Under the pieces are notes generated by a model. It searched no databases and was not told where the DNA came from. It saw only the letters and a list, made by a program, of their open reading frames with translations. The position numbers and the translations under genes were made by a program. Of a stretch of 64,000 nucleotides of DNA, positions 1-14,234 are shown piece after piece (position 1 is the first letter of the stretch; every line of letters starts with the position of its first letter). This DNA is from Mantamonas sphyraenae STR306 (taxonomy: Eukaryota; Protista; CRuMs): NCBI GenBank assembly GCA_026936335.1, contig JAPMXV010000031.1, positions 124,001 to 188,000 of the forward strand, in the 5' to 3' direction.

Positions 1-1
1 A

Positions 2-3000
2 CTGCAAGACGCGAGCGAATCGACCGATTCCGGGGGTGGCTCCTCCAGGCTCCGTCCACACCACCTGCTGCGCTCGAAGCGCCTGAATGATCCCTCGCTG
101 GTGCATTCTTCGTCCGTGCAGGCCGCAGAGCGCACGCGAGAGCTGGTGGAGAACTTTTACGCCGCTTCAGAGCATTCCAAGTCGTCGTCGCCTGTGGGTG
201 AGCAGCGCGCGTTCCGCATCCGTCGTCAGGAACACCAGACGCAGCAGCAGCTGATGGAAACACTGAACGAACAAGAAGAAGACGAGGACGAGGACGGCAG
301 CGATACAGTGACGAGGGCGAAGAAAGCGACAGCAGCAAAGACAGTGACGAAACGCCGCCACCTCCACCCCCTCCCCTCGAAGAAGACCCATTTGACGAAG
401 ACAAGGACTTGGATTGGGTGGAAGATCCCGAGGACAGCGTGGATGTGTGCAGTAGCAGCAGCAGCAGCAGCCGAGCGAGCAGCAGCGCAGATCTGCTTGC
501 TTCGGGCCTGCAAAAGGCTCACCCACATCTCCAGGTGCTGAAGTACGCCGGTCCTCAGTCGCCCAGCCTTGCAGACCCGCGCTTCAAAGCCCTCGCGGGC
601 ATACAATCACGCGATTCCGGAATCGCGGAGGGTGCGCGCAAGGCAAACCATGTGCGTGAGCATGTCGTTCAAGAGTACAAGGAGAATCACGAGGAGCAGG
701 ACGAAGGCACCGAGCACGAGCACGTTGTAGATGTCCTACAACAAGGAGACTCTGCCCTTGTGGAGGATGTCGACAAGTATGAAGAGGAGGATGATGAAGA
801 AGACGGAAGCGAGGACGGCCAAAGCGTGAAAAGCGAAGAAACGGTGCCTGTGCACCACCACTGGGTGGCGAGGATAGGCGAAGAAGGAGAGGGGGCGCAC
901 ACGCGAGACAGCATGGAGAGCCTGAGCATGTCCGCAGAGCCACGATCAGAGACAACGTTGCGTGATTTGACGGATGTGCCATCGAGCCCGTCGCACGATT
1001 TCGAGCTGGACACAAGCGCCGTGGTGGAGCAGGAGCAAGAGGAATTGAGCAAACGTCTCAAACGATCGCAGTCTGACCACAGCACCACGGATCTGGACTC
1101 TGTGCAGGAAGAGCTGTTGAAGGCGACACAGAGTGAGGCCATGTCTCACAACAACGCCTCACCTGCACGAGGGGGTAATGCGATCAAGGGCAAGCAAAAG
1201 AGCCCACTTCCGCCACGGCCGGTCAAGTCCCACAGCACACCTCTGCCAACCAAAGCATCGACACCCCCGTTGGTGACCGGCGTTTCCGAGGCGTCGCTGG
1301 TCACGGCATCGACAGAGCAAACAATGAGCAGTACGAGCAGCAGCAGCAGCAGCAGCAGCAGTGTGAGCGGACGTAGCAGCGTGACGAGTCGCACGACATC
1401 AACATCGGTCGATCTGAGCGAAGGCAGCCACCCGCGGCTGCGATCCCTGTCTGTTTTGGCGAGCAACCGAGACTCGGAGGAGCCCGAGCAGGTGTATGGG
1501 TCGTCGCGGAAGAGCAGCCAAGGCATACGCACATCGTCTGCGGGTCCCTCGCGTCCCGGATCGGTCGAGTCTGGGCGCGACCTTTCGCGTGGGTCTGGAC
1601 GCACACGCGCAGGGACCATCACGTCACTGAAGAACAAGAACGAGGTGGTCCACAGGCGCATTCAGCAGAGGCGCAAGTACAAGTTCCGCTGCGACAAGGA
1701 CAAGCGACAGCGCATCGAGTTTGAAGACTTTGCCATGGGTCTGTCTCTTATGACAAGCGAGCACGTGGCGCTGCACAACGCCAAGTACAACTTTGTGTTT
1801 CGCTTCTTTGACTACGACCTGGACGGCATCGTGGACGAAGACTCTGTGCAAGACCTGAGCTACACCCTGCTGATGTTTCTGGAACAGATGGGCTTCATCA
1901 CGTCGGAAGAAGTCAACGAAATGCTGGGCGCGTACCATCGCACAGAAGCGGACAAGGAGATGCAAGGCGACGGGGGGACGATGAACTTTGAGCAGTTCAA
2001 GCTGTTCTGCCAGCGCGACGAGCAGCAGCGTATACTGTCACTTTTCGGCCTGTTCTCATGTCTCTTTGAACAGTTGATGGCGTCTGTACAAACCACGAGC
2101 TATCTGGACGACAATGGCATGTCATTTGACGTCAAAAAGAGCGGGCCGCTGCGCATGCGTGGCCAGAACACGGGCGCTCTGTCGCGGTTTTGGTTTACCG
2201 TCGTGCCCGGGTATCTGATCAAGTACAACTCGAGGCTGGACACGACGCCCGTGACGATGTATTTGTTGCACCACGTTCACGTGGAAGAAGTGCCCTCGCT
2301 TAGCAGCCCGCACGCGTTTGCGTTTCGCATTCACACACCAAAGCTGTCGCGCACGCTTGTGGCGTACACGGAGGAGGAGATGTACGAGTGGATCAGCACG
2401 CTGCAAACAGAGAGCCAGTTCCAGAATCCGCACCACTCCTTCGGGCGAGTGCACAACTGCGTCAATGTGCGCTGGTTTGTGGACGGCGCAGACACGTACC
2501 AAGCCATGGCGGATGTGCTGCGTGCAGCAGAGCAGGAAATCTTTATTGCCGACTGGTTCCTGTCACCCGAGGTGTACCTGAACAGGGACGAAGACGCGCA
2601 GTACAGTGACAGGTTGGACATGATTCTGAAGGAGCGTGCAGAGGCTGGGGTGCGTGTGTACGTGTTGCTGTGGAGCGAGACGCCGATTGTGATGCAGCTG
2701 AGCAACGGCAACGCACGCAGCAAGCTGGAGTCGCTGCACAGTAACATCCGCGTGATGGTGCACGCGCCGCTGAATCTGAACCAGAAAATGTGGTCTCATC
2801 ATCAGAAGATTGTGTGCGTGGACCAGATGACAGCGTTTGTGGGTGGTTTGGACATGTGCTTCGGCAGGTACGACACGCAAACGCACAGACTGGTAGACTC
2901 GTGCCACCTGGCGACGACTTGGCCGGGCAAGGATTACTACAATCCGTCATACGCGCCGATGCAAGGGGTCCACCTGCCCTATGTGGACAACATCGATCGC

Positions 3001-4167
3001 ACCATGATCCCGCGCATGCCGTGGCACGATGTGCACACGCGAGTAGACGGCGGTCCTGCCCACGACGTGGCCATCAATTTCATTCAGAGGTGGAACCATC
3101 ATCGACAGGAGCCACCCAACGTCAACGGAGGCTACAGCGCATTGATTCCACACTATGTGCGCTTCCAAAATTCTGGGCCGATGACGTGCCAGGTCGTGCG
3201 GTCGCTGGGCGACTGGGCTGGCAACGGGTTCCAAGACGACGAAGCATCCGTGCTGAATGCGTATGTGGCCGCCATCCTGGGCGCAGAACACTTTGTCTAC
3301 ATCGAACAACAGTTCTTTGTGTCTGACACGTGTGGCGGCGGCGTGACAAACCGCATCGCGTCTGTGTTGTACAAACGAATCTGTCAGGCCATCGAAGCCA
3401 AGCAGCGCTTCCGTGTGATTGTGGTGTTGCCCGTACACCCAGAGGGCAACTTTGTGACCGACGCTGCCGTGCGCAACATCATGTACTGGCAGTATCGCAC
3501 CATCTACAAGGGTGAGAGTTCCATCATCCAGCGTCTGCACGAGGAGCATCCACGCGTGCGACCTGAGGCGTACATTACTTTCCACTCGCTTCGCACCTAC
3601 GATGTGCTCAACAACGTGCCCGTGAGTGAGCAAGTGTACGTGCACTCCAAGTTGATGATTGTAGACGACCGCACGGTGATCATGGGCAGTGCAAACATCA
3701 ACGATCGCAGCATGTTGGGCGGACGCGACAGCGAAATTGCCGTGGTGGTGCGCAGCACCGATGGCAGCGAAGACGTTGTGCAGAGCGTCATAGACAGCAA
3801 CGTGTACATGGTGTCGGACTATGCGCACACCCTGCGATGTACGCTGTGGGCAGAGCATCTGGGTTTGGATCCCACCGAACACTACAACCTCATCCAAGAT
3901 CCGGTTTGCGACGAGACGTACGAGCGCATCTGGCAGGCCACGTCACGCAACAACACCATTGCCTACCACCAGGTGTTTCCTTGGGTCCCTGATGACACCA
4001 TCGAAAGCTTTGCCGAGCTCAACTCGGTGGACAAGGTCCCTGTGAACATCGAGCAGCTACAATACGTCCGCGGCCAGCTGACAGACTATCCTCGACGATT
4101 TCTTATGGACGAGAAGCTGGACGAGAACATCCATGGGATGATGTTGGACAAACAGTTGTTTCAGTAA
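2..4167 (+). CDS. PLD: Phospholipase D (PLD1/2 type) with EF-hands and PH domain; 5'-partial; one apparent frameshift near 300-306
   Basis: Two HKD motifs (HHQKIVCVD, HSKLMIVD..GSANINDRS), plus IADWFLSPEVYL, PRMPWHDV and RDSEIA; PH-like segment (KKSGPLR...EEEMYEWISTL); EF-hand-like FRFFDYDLDGIV. Frame 2 is open from base 2 to EDEDGSD, then frame 1 carries YSDEGEES...PPPPPP into ORF 409..4167. Confidence 0.95.
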
Positions 4168-4187
4168 AGCGTCAAAAAACACACTTT

Positions 4188-7100
4188 TCACACACGCCCG
4201 CCAAAGTCCACGCTGCGCACCAGCAGCGCCAGCATTTCCAACACATAGCGCACGTGCCACAACTCCTTCTTGTCGTCGGGTACGTCGTCCAATGCACCCG
4301 ACATGGCTTCCAGATGTTCACTTGCCAGCTCCGCGTGCGAGTCTTGGTTGTCGTCCACAAACCGCATGACCTTCCCAGCCACCGCGCCACCATCCTCTTG
4401 GTTCTCCTTTTCGCCATCCGACAAAGTCGTGGTGTGGTTCCCCGAAGCGCCAGTGCTGCTTCGTTTCAGCACAGCACTGTGGACGTTCTGCAACACGCTG
4501 AACCGCAGGGAGCCGGATTGCATCTCAAGCGGGTAGCGAGTCTGCAGGCCAGCAAACACATCAGCCTCCACCTCCAGGAGCTGCTTGACGCTAAACTGCT
4601 TCTTGAATTGCACCTTGCCCTTTTGGTTGTTGTGGAGCAGCGCCCACAACGCCGACACCGCGTACGCTTTGACACGCACATCGGGCCAGCAGAGGCAACG
4701 CATGAGACAGGGCAAGGCACGATCGTTGCACAGAAAGTGGGTCTTGTTGTCGCCCAAATGGACGAGGTTGCGAATTAGGAGCGCAACACTGGCGACCAGC
4801 TCGCAATCGTCGCCGCTTTCGCTGTCTGCGTTTTCCACCACGTCCAGAAGGTTGTCCAGTGTGCCTCTGCTCTGCATGATGTACGCCTGCGCCTGTGTGT
4901 GGAAGCTCATGTTCACCAGCAACTCCAGGATGGACAGCTGCGAGGCAACGCTGACTCTGCTCTTGGGTCCGATGGCAGGCAGGCAGTCGTCCGGGAAGCG
5001 GTCTTTGAGCATGTAGTTCAGACATTCGCTGTTTTCCACTGTGCATCCCAGCACACCGTAGGCCTGTTTGAGCAGAACGCGGCTGTTTCCTCCGTTCTTG
5101 CGCACAAGTGTCATCAGGAGCTTGAGTAGGCATCGCTGCGATGTGCTCGCACGTCGCATGGTATTTCCCTGCGATGACTGCGAATCTTCGGGTGTGTTGC
5201 CACCCTTCGCACCCGCCATACTGCTGCTGCCCGTGCCGCTGCTTGTGCCTTCGCCCGCTGCGCTCTCCTTGTCGCGCAGCGACGCCAGCACCACGCTGCG
5301 CTTCTCCTTGGCAGTCATGCTTGCCAAAAAGGTGCTCTTTGTGCGCTGGCTCTGTGCTGCATAGTTCTGCAGCACTCCCAGAAGCTCGCTCATGAGCGCG
5401 GTTTCGCCAGCACACACAGTCCAGCATGTCATCATCACCACCGCCAGGTTTTGACGCACCGCTTCTTGCCGTGCTTCATCGCTGTCATACAGCAGATTGC
5501 GCAGCAGATTCAGCGTCAGCAGCATGTCGCGCAGGTAAAACTGCTTCTGTGCATCCTCACCACCCCACAGCGTGGAGGTGGCATTGGATCCCAATCTGCC
5601 CTTGGTCCCAGCATGTGCGCTGCGGGCGCGCCCGTGAGCCATGTGTTTGTCCAGGCCGACGGCACGGACTTCGGCAGCAAGCGTGTGCAAACGGTGCAGC
5701 AGTACACGCATCAGCCCTTGCTGCAGTGCATACTTTGTTGCCGTGCTGCTGATGGACAACAACGAGCTCATGGTTGCACTCACAATGCGTCGCTTGTCCT
5801 CGAGCTGCTGCACGGCTGCGGCCACTGTTTGGGCGCTGGTCGACTCGTGCCTGCGTGCACTCAAGTGGCCCATCTCGCCGGCAAGCCTTGCAGCTGCCTC
5901 GTGTTTCTCCGCCGTCACGATGAGAAAGTGATGCAGCGTGCCCTGGTCGTCATATGCGTTGAAGAACTCGGCGTACATCTGCAGCAATTCGCTGCACAGT
6001 TCCGTGGACGATCCCGAAGCGTCCATCGACGCACGCAATGCGTCTGTCTCCACGCGGCGGCTTTCGATGCGCGACAGCGGGTCTCCGATGCGCAGCAGGG
6101 AGCCAATCAGGCGGCAGAAGGAAATCTTCAGCGTCTGCTGGCCTGCCGCATTGCACTGCGCCAGGTTGCGCGTAAGCACCGTTGTCATGTGATGCCTCTG
6201 AGTGCCATTGCCGTCCTTGCTGCTCTCACCATCGCTCAGGAGTGTCGTGATGCCGCGGAAGCTGCTGTCCGTGCGGTAGTTTACGATCAGGCGCTTGATG
6301 GAATCGCTGCGGTACATCAGGTTCGTCAGGATGTTGGTCACGATGGACTTGATGTTGAGGAACATCTTCCAGCTGACTGTGTCTTCGGTGCGCAGTTCGC
6401 TCAAGCCACTGACGACACTTGCGGTCACGCTGCCAGAGAACGACGACCTCCTGTCGCTCTGGTCGCGGCCTCCTGCGTGCCGCAACAGGTTGTCTGCGTG
6501 ACCGGTGCCTACCAGCTCCTCCTGATCGTACCCTTCGGCCAGGATGTTCATGAGGCGTGGCACCAGATCGGTGCACTTGACAAAGTATTCGCGCAGATGC
6601 AGATTCTCCACAAACACAAACTCCAACAGCTCCAGCAGGTTCTTGCGGCACTCGGAAACGTGTGCCACGTTGAATTGTGTCCACTGGTTGATCTCTTCGC
6701 GCCGCGTGTACTCCATGAGCGTGGTCGGGTGGCCGAGGCGGAACTCGCTCTCCATGCGGTGGAAGTCGTCTTCGTCCAGCAGCTCCTTGCCGTAAAGCTG
6801 CATGTACAGCTCAGCGCGCTTTGCTCTGTGTGTGCGCACATCTGTCAATTGGATGAGCACGGGCCAAAGATCCAGCTGGAAGAGGATGCCAATCACGTGG
6901 TTCGGCGCCACCACAACCAGGTTGCGAATCATCGATGTCATCATCTGCAGGTACACGGGTGACGTATGCACACTTTCCAGCACCTTGGGCAGGTGCTGAA
7001 AGAAGCGGTTGTCTCTCAGAGCCACCAGCATGCGAGCGACGAGTCGGTCTCCGTCATCTCCCTCCCCGTCCTCCTCCTCCTCCTCGCGTGCTGCCTCGCT

Positions 7101-10100
7101 GTCCTCTGCTCCCTGTTGGTTCTCCTTCTCGGCCTGGCTCCTGGTCTGGTCGCATGCGCACGACGTGCACACAGGCTTCGGAAAGGCGTACAAGGAGGGC
7201 CAGCGCCTCTCGACGCGCAGCATAGCATTCGCCGGCGTCAAAGATGCAGGTGAAGACCATGTCGAGCAGCTGGCCCGAGATGGGTTCACCTTCGTGCAGA
7301 TGCGATGTCACATCCAGGGAGAGGTCGTCGGAAATGGTCAGGTGGGCGCCAGTGGGGATCGAATTGGCCAGCAAGCCGTAGGCTGCGGCACGCAAGATGC
7401 TTTCACGCGAGTGAAGCATAAAGTGAAGCCAGCTGAGCTGCGTGCGTGCGTGTTTGCTGTCGTTGACCCAGCAAAAGCCGCCACAGACATTGCTAACGTT
7501 GCGCAATGTGGCGACCGCGAGTCGAAACAGTTGCTTGGAACGAAAGTGGTGGTCGTTGACGCGTGTGTTGGCCAGCACATGCAACAAAGTGTGCACCAGA
7601 CCGCGCACCTGTGCGTTTTCGCGCACAGAGGCGGCCATGACTCGCTTGTGCATGTTGCTCGCAGCGACCGCAGCCGCCCACGTAGGCACGCTGGTGATGC
7701 GCAACAACACCTGCAGGGCCGCAATCTGCATGGGATAGTCCGTGTACTCCGGTGCGCAGCCGATGTAGTCACGACACAGCGTGTGCACGAGTTTCGTGTG
7801 CTGCACGAGGCGCGGAACACACCACGCTCGATCGAAATCAATGAACGCTTTGAGAAAGCACAGCAGAGCGTAGCGCAGGGAGCGGCGCTGCACTCGTTTT
7901 GTGTCGGTGTTAAGCGTCATTTGCTGGGCAAAGGCGTCGTCGTCGCCGCCCCCGGCCGCTTGTGGCACGTACACCATGTCTTTGACGCGCAATTCGTCAA
8001 AGCGATCCAGCACAGGCAGCATGATCTCCTTCACAGAGGCCATGAGCGAGCGCAGGGAGGTTCGTGACAAGCACATGGATGCAACTTGATCCCGATCGAT
8101 GTTCTCCAGCATTTCGTCGTGCGACAACGAGAGAAGAGTGTCCAGGAAGTGCAGAATTGCGGCCAGGGCCTCGTCGTCCTGTTGGCATGTCGGCGTGGTG
8201 GTCAGCATGCGCTCAAAGCCGTACACCCAGTCCACGTGTTCACGCACTGCCAGCAGCGAGTGCATCGTCTGTGTATGAAACACCATGTACACAGAGCGCA
8301 GCTGTGTGATCAGACTGTACAGTTCCTTGTGTGAGCGCAAGTACGTGGCGCTTTCCATCAGGTGCTGCGCCACCGTGGCTGGATTCAGGCGGAACACAAG
8401 CTGGGCCCCCTGCCGAAAGTCTGCGTCCTGATTTACCGCCTGTTGCTGGTGCTGTCCCTGCACAGCCTGTGCACCCTGGCCACCCCGAGCCGCGGCTTCA
8501 GAGTGTCCCTCCTGATCGAATCGCATCAGTGAACCCACCGACGAGACGTCGTCATCGTCGTCAGCGTCGTTCCTTGATCGCGATTGCCCTGTATTACCCG
8601 TGATCTGCAGATCCTCCTGCGCCGAATGCAGGTCCTCCAGGGCGTAGTCGGACAAAACGATGACCTGTTCGCGCAGCTTGCGCTGAGCCGCATCTGCCTC
8701 ACGCCAGGTCGAATTCCCTGAGGTGTCCGAGTTGTCATCGTCGTCAAGCCATTGTGCAGCTGTGCTCACGTGCTCGTGCGACTCGCCACTCATGACGGCC
8801 ATGATCATGCGCTTCTGAAGTAGCGTGTGTGCAACCTGCGATTGCCATGCAGGCACCTGCAGGCCGTGTCCGCTACGAGTGTCAAACACACGCACATCCA
8901 GGACCTCTTCCAACAGGAAGCGGGAAGCAAAGACATTGGGCACGTGCAGCGGATATGCGTCGTTGTCTGGTGCAACAGGAGCGTCATCCGCTACCTCGCC
9001 GTTGTCTTGGCTGCTCGCTTCCCACAGCAATTGCTCCTGCTTGCGGAACTGTTTGCGGCGGTCCACCGCCGCGTACAGGTCGCGCGGGAGGAAGCACCAC
9101 ATGGCCAGGATGCGTGCAACTTCCAAGCGCACGTTCCCATCTGTGTGAAACACAAACGGCAGCCACTGATGGACAATTGGCAACTGACCGAGCGAGCCCG
9201 CACCAAACAGCACGGGACGCATGACGTGGCTGTTCTCCTGCAGCAGCATGCGAAACAGGCGCAAAGCGGGCCACAAAAGCGCCTCTGACGAGGCTGAGGA
9301 AGAAGGGGACACGCAGCCGAGCAGCTCTTCCAGGAGGCGCTCGAGAAAGTCAGGCTCCGCGGTGATGATGGATGCAAACGAGGGCTCGTTCACAAGCAAG
9401 GTGACCAGTTGATCGAGCGACGACAGGCGAAGTGCATCCTCAAGGTACACATCCATAAACATGTCGATGAGCTGCTGGACCTCCTTTGCCTTGAATCGCG
9501 TGCTTGCCACGGATCGGCGCTTGCTGCGCTCGGCATCCAACGACAGGAGCCGCTCGGGAAAGGAGAACGGGTCCTGTGTGATGGAGGACTGTGCTTGGTC
9601 GTACTGCGTATGCAGAAAGACATCGATGCCCGAATAGTTGGCAAGGAGGCTGTTTGCAGACCACGCACGCACCCAGGGGGCGCCGTGGAAGAGACCACGC
9701 AACCACATGCCCAGCTGCTGTCTTTCGATGTACACGTTGAGTTCGGAATGGCGCGAGTGCAGCGGATGCAGCGTGTGGTTGAGAACGGCGAGGATGGAGG
9801 CTGCTCGTTCGTCGTCCTGCTGCAGGTGCGGGTCGGCAATGTACAGTTGCAGCAGGGGCACCATGGGAAGAAGCACCGGTACCAGCTTCTCCCGGGTGGT
9901 TATTTTGCACAGCAGCTGCAGGATCTCCAGCGCAGCCGCGCTGGTGCTCTGGTCGTCCAGGCCGTAGCGCACCACGTGGTACAGCACATCCGGGTCCATC
10001 AGGTACCACTTGACAAAGTACATGATCGACTGGAAAGCCTGCTTGCGTTCGTCCAGCGAGTGTTGCGAGCCATTGGATGCGGTTGATGACGGCGACGTTG

Positions 10101-12120
10101 CCCCAGGCTCGGCCCCGTCTTGTTGCTCTTCCTGTTGCTGCTGTTGCTGCTGCTGATCGAACAGAAACATTTCCGCAGGCTCGAGGAGATGGTGGACGAT
10201 AAGTTCGTATGTGGTTTGGCGAATTGTAAGCTCGGGAAAGTCGAGCAGGGTAAGCAGGAGCGAGAGGGAGCGATGAAACACGTCCAGGCGCTCGTCCATG
10301 GCGACATCGGCAGGTTCGATGCAACAGAGAGTGAGGAGGCGCTCGGGGATGTCTGCTCGAGGGCTGTACTGAAGACCCGGGAGGGCGTCCTCGAGGAGCT
10401 GCAACTTGGCTTTCGTTTGCAGGCGGTCATAGGTGCCATTGGCAGCACTAATGCTTCGGTTTGCTGCGTCCACATTGTCGTACGCCTGCATGTACTCGGG
10501 CTTGAGGACGCGCAGCATGGGCACAATCTGCTCGCGAACGTGTGGGCGAGCAATGGCGAGGTATTCGTTCATCACCAGGTTGGCCAGCAGGTCGACAATA
10601 GAGGGCGGGATGACGCTGCTTACTTGACGGAGGACATTGAGGGGCCAGCATCGCAGCTGGAGTAGCAGCAGCTCCACAATGCCAAAGACGACGGGGTCGT
10701 GCAGCAACTCGTGTTGGTGCACAGTCAGCACCTGTTGGAAAATGTACAAATATTGCTTGAGGTTCTGCACCTCGACGAGAAGGACAGCATCCGCCTTGTC
10801 TTTGTCCAGCATGACGTTCTCCTGACGCAAAAAGGGCACGAGGTCGCGGCACAGTTCCAGAATCGGCTGGACACGTTGGCGAACCTTGAGCAGAGGTAGC
10901 ACGTTGACATAGATCAGATGTGCAGCAACACACGCAGGCAAAGCCCCGTGCGAGTGGGCACTGGACTGCGGCGCTGGATAGTTGTCAACGGTGGGCACGT
11001 GCACCTCCTCGTCTCTGTGGGTCTCCTCCTCCTCCGATTCCAACCCATCTGATGCACCAGAGGCTGCACCAGAAGAAACCGACGACGACGAAGAAGATGC
11101 GGTGGCGCGGCGTGTGCTGGAGGCGAGGGTGACCTGCCCTGCGGTGCGGTAGTTGGCGTTGTTGAGCAGGCGCAAGGAGGAGCGCATGCCGAGGACAATC
11201 TGGTGAAAGACAGCAGCGGTCTGCAGCTCCAAGTAGCAGTCCTCAGTGGGGGTCAGGAGATCGAGAAGTGACGTGAGGACCTCGGGCCGCTGCAGGACGA
11301 CCTCGGCGGGAAAATCGTGCAGGATGTGTGTCTGCAGGGTGGTGAGGCAATCGAATACCACCTGTGCGTCGTGAAGCTTGAGTTTGACGCTGATTTCAAA
11401 GAAAAACTGTTCGTCCTGGCGGCTGAGGGCAATGGCCGGGAAGCGCCAGCCTTTGTCCTGGGCGCGCTGGACCAAAGATTTGCTCTTTGTCGCGCGCGCC
11501 GTGCGGGCCTTCTTGTTGCCCTCCTCAAACTTTTCGACGGCCAGGGCGGCTTGTGCACGTTGCATACGCATGGGGTCGTTCTCGACCACGGTGGCGTATT
11601 GGTCTGTTGTGTAGCCGCGCAGCAGATAGCCAGCCTCGAACCGTTCCTTGTCCGAGCCCGGCGTGGGGGCATCGTGAGGGACGACGCCATCTGCAGCCTC
11701 CTTGGTAAGCTGTGCTTGGTCCTTCTCTGTGTCGGTGGCCAGCACTGTGGTGACAATCTGCTCGACAAAGGGCTCCAGGTAGGCCTGGGACAAATTGGCG
11801 CGCAGTTCCTGCAGAAACTGCAAGCCGCCCACCTGCACAAAGCGGTTGCAGCCCAGCGGGTGCTGGACTATCGAGTGCAGAAGCGACAAGGCTTCCATTT
11901 GCATGGGTGGCGTGTCAAAGTTGAACCATTGCAACAGGCGTGTGACTACGTCCGTCTGGTTGTTTTCGTCGTTGCACAGCACCAGGTCGTTCACTGTGAA
12001 CAGCTTGGATTCCACCTTGAACAAGATGTTCTTCAACGCACGTGTGCGTACGTCCGCCAACTCGTGGCCGAGCTTGCGAATGAGGCCTACGCGCGGGTCC
12101 TGGTCGGAGGCGACGGACAT
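4188..12120 (-). CDS. RTTN: Rotatin (centriole/cilium ARM-repeat protein); split by one apparent +1 frameshift near 7135-7160
   Basis: N-terminus LIRKLGHELADVRTRALKNILFKV and LLQWFN, DFPAEVVLQRP match the rotatin N-terminal region; C-terminal ALWALLHNNQKGK. ORFs 7054..12159 and 4188..7289 overlap in different frames. First ATG at 12120. Confidence 0.92.
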
Positions 12121-12229
12121 GTTCTCTGTTGGCGCCACATGGGCAAGCGCTGTGTGCACTCACCCATCCTCATCCTTTATCATCATTTCTCATCACACAC
12201 TTTGCCTTTGTCTTCCCACTCCCTTCAAG

Positions 12230-14123
12230 TCAGGCGACGTCGTCAAAGCCAACCTCGACATTGGTCCCCTCAAAAACAACGCGGCCTTTGCGTCTCACGT
12301 GTCCCGTCTCGTCGGTGTTGGGAGATGTGCTCAGGTCGCCAAAGAGCAGACGTGTGGATGGCGACGGAGCTACCTGCATGGCATCATGCTTGGCCAGGGA
12401 ACGACGCTTGGTGTCGCTGTTGACGACGGCACCGGCTTCCTCAAAGGCAGCGTCGAGGCGTTTGAGAGCCTCCTTTGTGGCTTCGCTACGTCCTCGAAGG
12501 AGCATGTTTGCGCGTTGCTGTCGCTCATTTTGCGAGGGGGAGGGACTCCAGTGTTGGCTGATGCTCATGTCTGAGCGACTGGAGCCCGAGCTGCTCGCTG
12601 TGCTGTTGGCCATGCTCTGCTGCAGCATGGCATTCTGATAGCTGACCTCTCGAAACTGCTGGCGTAGGCGACTCAGTTCCTTGGACTGGGAGCTGACCAA
12701 CGACTCGGATCGTGCATAGTTGCTCTCTGCCGCGCGATAACTTTGCTCCTTGATTTTCAGCAGCGCCTCTTGCCTGCGGCAGCGTTCCTGCTCCATTTTG
12801 CATTGGTCACGCAGCAACTCGACCTGCATGCGCAATTCCTGCGCCGTTTCTGCGTCCACAGCATGTGTGTCACCGGAGAGCAGCCGTGTGGTGGTGGATG
12901 TGCGCTGCTTGTCCTTCTGCAGCGTGGTCTTTGTCTCAGCCAGCACATCCAGGCGGCTGTGTTGACTGTCGTTGCTGCGCAGTTGTGCGTCGACATCCTC
13001 TTTGATGCGTTTGACGTGTTCGTACACTGCGGCGAGGTCATCGTCGAGCTGCCCTCGAAAGTGTGTCTTGAAGTCGACAAGTGCACTCCAGAGCGAGTCG
13101 TTGAGACTACGCAGGAGCTCGTCCTGCTGCTGATAAATCATGAGGGAGCGTTTTACGCGTGAGCGGTCTGCACGCACAGCCCGCAGCTCCTCGTGTGCGG
13201 CGGTGGCCAGGGCGCGCAGATCTTGGCTCGGCGCAGGCGACTGTACATTGGCCATGGGTGACGCGTAGACGCTGTCGTTGCTCTCTTCCAGCTGTTGCAT
13301 CAGCTTCTCCTGCAGCTCGTCCTTGGCTTCCCTCTCCTTGCGCACTTGCGCCTGCAGCTGTTCAACTCGTTCGGCTGCCTTGTCTGCGCTCTCCTGATGA
13401 GCTCGCTGCATGTGCGCCACCTCTGCGCTCAGCTGGTTGTTTCTATGTGCCAGCAGAGCGTTGTCTTCCTTGAAGCGCTGCGCGAGTGGGAGCGTGGATC
13501 GGGTGTCAGCGAACAAGAGGAACAGCAGCAGCGAGTGCGCGCCAAAATTGTCAGTTCAAAAGGCTCACAAAAAGCACGCCTCACGCGTGCAGGCGTTCAC
13601 GTACAGTCAGCTGTTCTTCGAGAGCCGTGCATTTGTTTTGGTAGAGCTGCAGCCTTGCCGAAAGTTGCTCAAGGCGGATCTGCAAGGCCGGGTCGGCACG
13701 GGCATCCGCACTGTGCGGCCCTGCGTCGACGTGGTTCCGCCGGCCCGAGTCTGGGGTAAACGGTGTGGCGGGCGCTTCGTTGACGGTGGTGCTCTTTGGA
13801 CGCGGCGTCATGGCACTCAGGTGACTGGTGTTCCAAGACGGATGGTCGAGGGTGGAGGCGTCGGTGGCCGCATGTTGATCGTCGTATTGGGTGTCGTCCA
13901 GTGCCTCGAGCGCAGGTCCTTCACTGCTGATTGAAGAGGCAACCGACATTGCTGGCGAGGCCGGAGAGACGCGCAGCGCAGGTGCGGTCAATGCGCCTGT
14001 GCTGTCCGTGTCGTCATCATCGACAGAGGACGAGGATGCAGAGAGCGAGCCCGTTTGCGCGCGGGTCTTCCTGCCCTTGCGTCGAGGCTTGGGCGCAGGA
14101 AGCGGCACCAGCGGCTCCACCAT
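12230..14123 (-). CDS. Hypothetical coiled-coil protein (2 exons)
   Basis: Exon 1 MVEPLVPLPAPKP...EEQLT (alternative ATG 14177); intron 13604-13478 (GTACGT...GCTGAC...GCAG) joins in frame to RFKEDNALL of ORF 12230..13516; heptad-rich. Confidence 0.7.
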
Positions 14124-14234
14124 GCAAAACAGGGCGTACAGCGGTCCTGACTTGGAGGAGGACGACGACGACGACATGGACGCGGTGATGGTTTGGGCCA
14201 GGTGGAGGACGCATCGCACTTGCGCATCCACACC

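Noticed and set aside
5451-6962. Long antisense ORFs (also 36645-38396, 18660-20042, 48598-49977, 59564-60901)
   Set aside because: Shadow frames opposite recognised genes, expected in GC-rich coding DNA; no motifs.
7146-7191. 46-nt intron (GTACGC...CCAG) as an explanation of the rotatin frame break
   Set aside because: It restores the frame but is shorter than other introns here, has no branch motif and removes residues that appear to continue a conserved helix. Disfavoured, not fully excluded.
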